From the NCBI GenBank assembly GCA_030668825.1, contig DAOVET010000039.1, positions 1 to 21,891 of the forward strand: 21,891 nucleotides of DNA, in the 5' to 3' direction. The translations under genes were made by a program, and so were the position numbers. The notes below the pieces were generated by a model. It was not told where the DNA came from, ran no database searches, and saw nothing but the letters and a program-made list of their open reading frames with translations. The DNA comes from Candidatus Heimdallarchaeota archaeon. GTDB lineage: Archaea > Asgardarchaeota > Heimdallarchaeia > Heimdallarchaeales > Heimdallarchaeaceae. Below, piece after piece: positions 18,115-21,891 of the stretch (positions are counted from its first letter, which is position 1; the number at the start of each line of letters is the position of its first letter).

Positions 18115-19338
18115 TTACTGAGTAAATGAATCAGGGCTGTCTTCTCCACCTTCAATATTGTGGCAAAATGCAACATGCGATGCAGTGTACCATTTGGCTG
18201 GTGGGTCATCAACACGGCAAATATCCGATACTAAAGGACAGCGTGTTTGGAATTTGCAACCTGGAGGTGGATTAATAGGAGTTGGAATATCTCCAGTCAA
18301 GAAGATTTTCTTTGAGCGTTTGGTAGGATCAGCAATTGGTACTGCTGAAATCAAGGCTTTAGTATAAGGATGCATCATTGATTCAAAGATTTCATCACTG
18401 GTTCCTGCTTCCATGATTTTACCGAGATACATGACGTTTACTTCATCACAAAGAATCTTAACGAGTGAAAGATCGTGAGCAATAAAGAGATAGGTTAATC
18501 CCATTTTTTTCTGCAAATGTAAAATCAGTTGGATAATAGCTGCACGGACTGATACATCAAGGTTAGATACTGGTTCGTCCATCACAATGAAATCTGGTTC
18601 TAAGGCTAATGCTCTTGCGATACCTAGTCTTTGCCTTTGACCACCACTGAATTCGTGAGGATAACGGTATGCATGGTGAGGGGCAAGACCTACATCCTTT
18701 AGAAGAGTTAAAACTCTGTAACTAGCTTCGTCACCAGATGCAACTCCATGAATGTCAAATGGTTCGATAATGATATCGTGAGCTGTAGCTCTTGGATTTA
18801 ATGAAGCATAAGGGTCTTGAAATACTATTTGTAAATGTCTTCGAATCTCCTTCATTTCATCAGAAGTTAAACGATTGATGTCAATACCTTTGAAATAAAC
18901 AGCCCCTTCAGTAGGTTCGTGTAACCTTATGATTGTTTTTGCGGCTGTACTTTTTCCGCAACCAGATTCACCAACTAAACCAACAATCTTTCCTTTTCTA
19001 ATCTGAAGGCTAATACCATCAACAGCTTTCAGATGCGCTACTCGAGGTCGCTTATTGAAAGGAGGAATATATGGTAAAGCAAAGTAGAGAACAACAATAG
19101 TTGCAATAATAATGAGTCCAATTACTTGTTCAAAAGCAAATACTACGATTGCTGCTACGAAAGCTATCATGAACCATGTAGTTTCAAAGGGAACTGGGAT
19201 GTCAAAGAATTTCTTCAGATTTTCTATTTCCAGAACAACGTCTTCTGCCATCTCCTTAGTTCGAATACGATCTGCAAGTAAACCTCTTTTCTGTTGTTTA
19301 TCATGAAGTCTATCAATAAAAGAATCTGCACTACTCAT
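18115..19338 (-). CDS. oppF: Oligopeptide/dipeptide ABC transporter ATP-binding subunit OppF/AppF with an inserted hydrophobic hairpin
   Basis: KAVDGIS, GESGCGKST, VFQDPYASLNPR, YPHEFSGGQRQR, DEPVSNLD, IAHDL, HPYT and the C-terminal PPPGCKFQTRCP...C...CH oligo_HPY/Fe-S motif. Confidence 0.92.
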   Translation of the reverse strand: MSSADSFIDRLHDKQQKRGLLADRIRTKEMAEDVVLEIENLKKFFDIPVPFETTWFMIAFVAAIVVFAFEQVIGLIIIATIVVLYFALPYIPPFNKRPRVAHLKAVDGISLQIRKGKIVGLVGESGCGKSTAAKTIIRLHEPTEGAVYFKGIDINRLTSDEMKEIRRHLQIVFQDPYASLNPRATAHDIIIEPFDIHGVASGDEASYRVLTLLKDVGLAPHHAYRYPHEFSGGQRQRLGIARALALEPDFIVMDEPVSNLDVSVRAAIIQLILHLQKKMGLTYLFIAHDLSLVKILCDEVNVMYLGKIMEAGTSDEIFESMMHPYTKALISAVPIADPTKRSKKIFLTGDIPTPINPPPGCKFQTRCPLVSDICRVDDPPAKWYTASHVAFCHNIEGGEDSPDSFTQ

Positions 19339-20405
19339 TTTTTCACCTCACTTACAATACTTTTTGGTACAGTACCAATAACGCGTTTGTCTCCTTTTTC
19401 AGCCATCCAAGTTTTACCTTCGTCAGTATAAAGATGGCATCGAACTGAATGTCCAGGTTCTATTTCAACTAATTCTGGTAGGATACTTTCACAAAGACCC
19501 AACATGTAATAATCACAACGTGGGTGGAATCGACAAGCAGAGGGAGGATTAATAAGATTGGGAATAGCTCCGCGAATAATCGTTAAATCATCACGAGCTG
19601 CATCAGGACGAGGAATCGCACCTAATAAACCGCGAGTATAAGGGTGATAAGGGGATTTGAAGATAATCATGATATCACCAATCTCACAAATAAAACCGGC
19701 ATACATGACAGCGACTCTATCGCACATCTCGGCAATAACACCCATATCATGTGTGATAAGTATGATACTCATGTCGAACTCTTCACTTGTAGCTTTGAGC
19801 AATTCAAGGATCTGAGCTTGAATGGTCACATCTAAACTAGTTGAAGGTTCGTCAGCAATCAAGAGTTCAGGATTACAACTTAAAGACATAGCAATCATGA
19901 CACGTTGACGCATTCCGCCAGAGAACTCAAATGGATAATTATCTACCCGTTCATCTGCACTTGGAATACCTACAAGAGACATGATTTTAATTGCCTTTTC
20001 TTTTGCTTCTTTCTTAGTAACTTTTTGGTGAAGCATAATGGCTTCGCTAATTTGGTCTCCTACTGTGAAGACGGGATTTAGAGATGTCATTGGGTCCTGG
20101 AAAATCATTGCTATCTGGTTACCTCTTATTTTACGCATATCTGAATCACTAAGTTTGCGAAGATCTTGTCCGTGGAAAATTACCTCCCCATCAAGTATCT
20201 TACCTGGCGGATCTGGAACAATACCTAATATAGATAAAGCTGTAACTGATTTACCTGATCCTGACTCACCTACTAGTCCAAGAGTTTCTGACTTATATAC
20301 CTCAAGATCAACTGATTCTATTGCTTTAACTACACCCTCTTCCGTAAAAAAGTACGTACGCAAACCGTTTATCTCCAACAATATGTCTTCTGATGGTCTA
20401 CTCAT
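19335..20405 (-). CDS. oppD: Oligopeptide/dipeptide ABC transporter ATP-binding subunit OppD/AppD
   Basis: GESGSGKSVT, IFQDPMTSLNP, SGGMRQR, ADEPSTSLDVTIQAQIL, ITHD, HPYT and CRFHPRC. ATGA overlap with oppF suggests translational coupling. Confidence 0.95.
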   Translation of the reverse strand: MSRPSEDILLEINGLRTYFFTEEGVVKAIESVDLEVYKSETLGLVGESGSGKSVTALSILGIVPDPPGKILDGEVIFHGQDLRKLSDSDMRKIRGNQIAMIFQDPMTSLNPVFTVGDQISEAIMLHQKVTKKEAKEKAIKIMSLVGIPSADERVDNYPFEFSGGMRQRVMIAMSLSCNPELLIADEPSTSLDVTIQAQILELLKATSEEFDMSIILITHDMGVIAEMCDRVAVMYAGFICEIGDIMIIFKSPYHPYTRGLLGAIPRPDAARDDLTIIRGAIPNLINPPSACRFHPRCDYYMLGLCESILPELVEIEPGHSVRCHLYTDEGKTWMAEKGDKRVIGTVPKSIVSEVKK

Positions 20406-20420
20406 AAAATCACTTTTTAC

Positions 20421-20436
20421 ATTATTAGCTAATAAT
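20421..20436. promoter_or_regulatory. Perfect 16-bp palindrome ATTATTAGCTAATAAT upstream of oppD
   Basis: Lies between a TATA-like element (minus strand CTTATAAAAG within 20467-20480) and the oppD start at 20405. Confidence 0.5.
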
Positions 20437-20608
20437 CTTAAATTACTTGGTTGATTTTGTTATTCTAACTTTTATAAGTTTGCCTATTTTTACTCAAGAT
20501 TTCAAGAGCCTATTAAAATATATCCACAAGCTGGGTAAAAACATCCAGAAATGGATTTAGACGAAGTTTCTATTAGATGATGAAAACCACAAGAATGTTA
20601 AGGACTGT

Positions 20609-21397
20609 TCATTTTTTTGGAATACCAGCTTTTTGTAGTTTTTTTCTAAATCTTATTACATCTTTTCTTAATGTTGGGAGGTGTACATTTAGTTCCTCTT
20701 GCAAGTGAAGCATGATATAAAGTTTCACTGCTGGATAGTCTAAATAGAAAGGGAAAAAAGCTACTATCATTGTTAGTGCAGCAGTACTTATACTTGCAAA
20801 TGGAATAATTTTCTTTCGGATAAGTTTAGTGATTTCTTCCAACACTACATCTAGCTCCTCACTAGCCTGTGGGAGAATCTGTTTCAAGTATTTTGCTAGG
20901 AGATTGACTTTTGCATGCAGCTCATCAGTAGCATTTTCGCTATCATTGCGCAATAATTTGGCGTTTTCTAGAATTTCTTTTGCTTGTGTGACTTTTCTAG
21001 CGTAAACACCTATGTCTCTGTCAACACCCCAAAATCGTAAGATTCTATGCAACAATTTTTGTTGTAATTCTCTACCATAATAAGCTAAGGTACTATCAAG
21101 AAGAGCAAGAAAATATGCTAACATATCATCGTTGTTGAAGCTATTGTCACTTGAGTGACTTTCCAGCAATAAATCACTTAAATATTGGAATTGAATGAAT
21201 GCTTCCGCAAAGATATTTTCAGGTATAGATTTCTTGGCTAAATCAGAGATAATCTCAATAAATCTGAAGATATGGCGTAGGTCTTGGCTCCAATCTATGC
21301 GCTCCAATTTCCCATTAATTAGAAAGAGTGGGGTTTGCAATTCACGGATAGTCTTTTCAAGGGGTTGTAGGTGCACTGAGTCAACGATAGTAGTCAT
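20609..21397 (-). CDS. Divergent TFB/TFIIB-like (two cyclin-fold repeats) protein lacking the zinc ribbon
   Basis: QDLRHIFRFIEIISDLAKKSIPENIFAEAFIQFQ parallels TFB repeat 1 (ERNLxxAxxELxRxxxxLxLPxNVxExAxxIYR). LQEELNVHLPTLRKDVIRFRKKL parallels the TFB C-terminal HTH (VAEVAGVTEVTIRNRYKEL). The protein has no cysteines. This is a pattern match by eye only. Confidence 0.55.
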   Translation of the reverse strand: MTTIVDSVHLQPLEKTIRELQTPLFLINGKLERIDWSQDLRHIFRFIEIISDLAKKSIPENIFAEAFIQFQYLSDLLLESHSSDNSFNNDDMLAYFLALLDSTLAYYGRELQQKLLHRILRFWGVDRDIGVYARKVTQAKEILENAKLLRNDSENATDELHAKVNLLAKYLKQILPQASEELDVVLEEITKLIRKKIIPFASISTAALTMIVAFFPFYLDYPAVKLYIMLHLQEELNVHLPTLRKDVIRFRKKLQKAGIPKK

Positions 21398-21426
21398 TTT
21401 TTCCTCAAAAATATATATGGAATTTG

Positions 21427-21435
21427 ATTTAAATA
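21427..21435 (-). promoter_or_regulatory. TATA box (TATTTAAAT) for the TFB-like gene
   Basis: About 30-38 nt upstream of ATG 21397. The same TATTTAAAT motif occurs before the MFS gene and upstream of the PPDK-like gene. Confidence 0.5.
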
Positions 21436-21686
21436 CCTAATAGAATTTTTGTGCAGTTAGGTTACAGCTGGAGAGGAACAACTAGTGCTTCTTCTTTCAA
21501 GTGGATGGTGAGTCTCCTCCCAGTTTTTAGTCTTCACCCAATCTACAAGATTTATGACTCTGATGTGCAACAGACAAAGCACATCAAAAAGATAATGACC
21601 ACTTTGATTAATAAAGGATGAAAAAAAAATTGCAGTTTATTCGCAAGAAAGTAAATGAAAAGAAGAAAAAGAATTGAAAGAAGGTG

Positions 21687-21891
21687 TTAATCCTTCAGTC
21701 TTGGATCAAGAGCATCCCTTAAAGCGTCACCAAGTAAGTTGAAACCGAGTACCGTAAAGAAGATGAACAACGCCGGAAACATCGGCATCCATGGATAATA
21801 TAACAACTCATTTTGCCATTTATTCAAATCGTCTCCCCAGCTTACAGCATTTGGATCTCCGAAACCGAAGAAGGCTAATGCTGCGAATAGG
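21687..21891 (-). CDS. oppC: Oligopeptide/dipeptide ABC permease OppC, C-terminal end (truncated by the window edge; absent from the ORF track)
   Basis: Manual translation gives LFAALAFFGFGDPNAVSWGDDLNKWQNELLYYPWMPMFPALFIFFTVLGFNLLGDALRDALDPRLKD*, with the hallmark FNLLGDALRDALDPR. Stop TAA at 21687-21689. Confidence 0.93.
   Translation of the reverse strand, partial: LFAALAFFGFGDPNAVSWGDDLNKWQNELLYYPWMPMFPALFIFFTVLGFNLLGDALRDALDPRLKD

Noticed and set aside
20577-20610. C/D box sRNA (ATGATGA at 20577-20583)
   Set aside because: No CTGA D or D' boxes at suitable spacing downstream, and it runs into the 3' end of the TFB-like gene.
21557-21590. Hammerhead ribozyme core (CTGATG followed by a stem)
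   Set aside because: The sequence is CTGATGT rather than CUGANGA, and no GAAA follows the stem.

Overview
AT-rich, gene-dense chromosomal window that reads as archaeal: TTTAAA/TTATAA TATA boxes sit about 25-30 nt before several apparently leaderless starts, RBSs are GGTGA/GATGTGA-type, terminators are oligo-T, and there is a TFB-fold protein. An Asgard (Heimdallarchaeia-like) origin is my inference and is not proven. Gene order: 3' end of a GH2 beta-galactosidase, DUF917 protein, FAD-linked D-2-hydroxyacid oxidoreductase, CinA/PncC, tandem GNAT, Hef/FANCM-like helicase without a nuclease domain, small membrane protein with an internal repeat, three-gene Fe-S/ferredoxin/3beta-HSD-like operon, six-HTH protein, MFS sugar transporter, receiver-domain + PPDK_N (PEP-synthase-like) protein convergent with gdhA, two paralogous coiled-coil + winged-helix genes, and an opp/dpp ABC locus (oppC...oppD-oppF) interrupted by a divergent TFB/cyclin-fold gene. 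The strongest novelty candidates are the coiled-coil/winged-helix pair, an OppF ATPase with an inserted transmembrane hairpin, the receiver-dikinase/GDH module, the zinc-ribbon-less TFB paralog and the Fe-S + sterol-dehydrogenase-like operon. I recognised no tRNA, rRNA, CRISPR array or transposase. All assignments come from motif recognition by eye; no searches were run.
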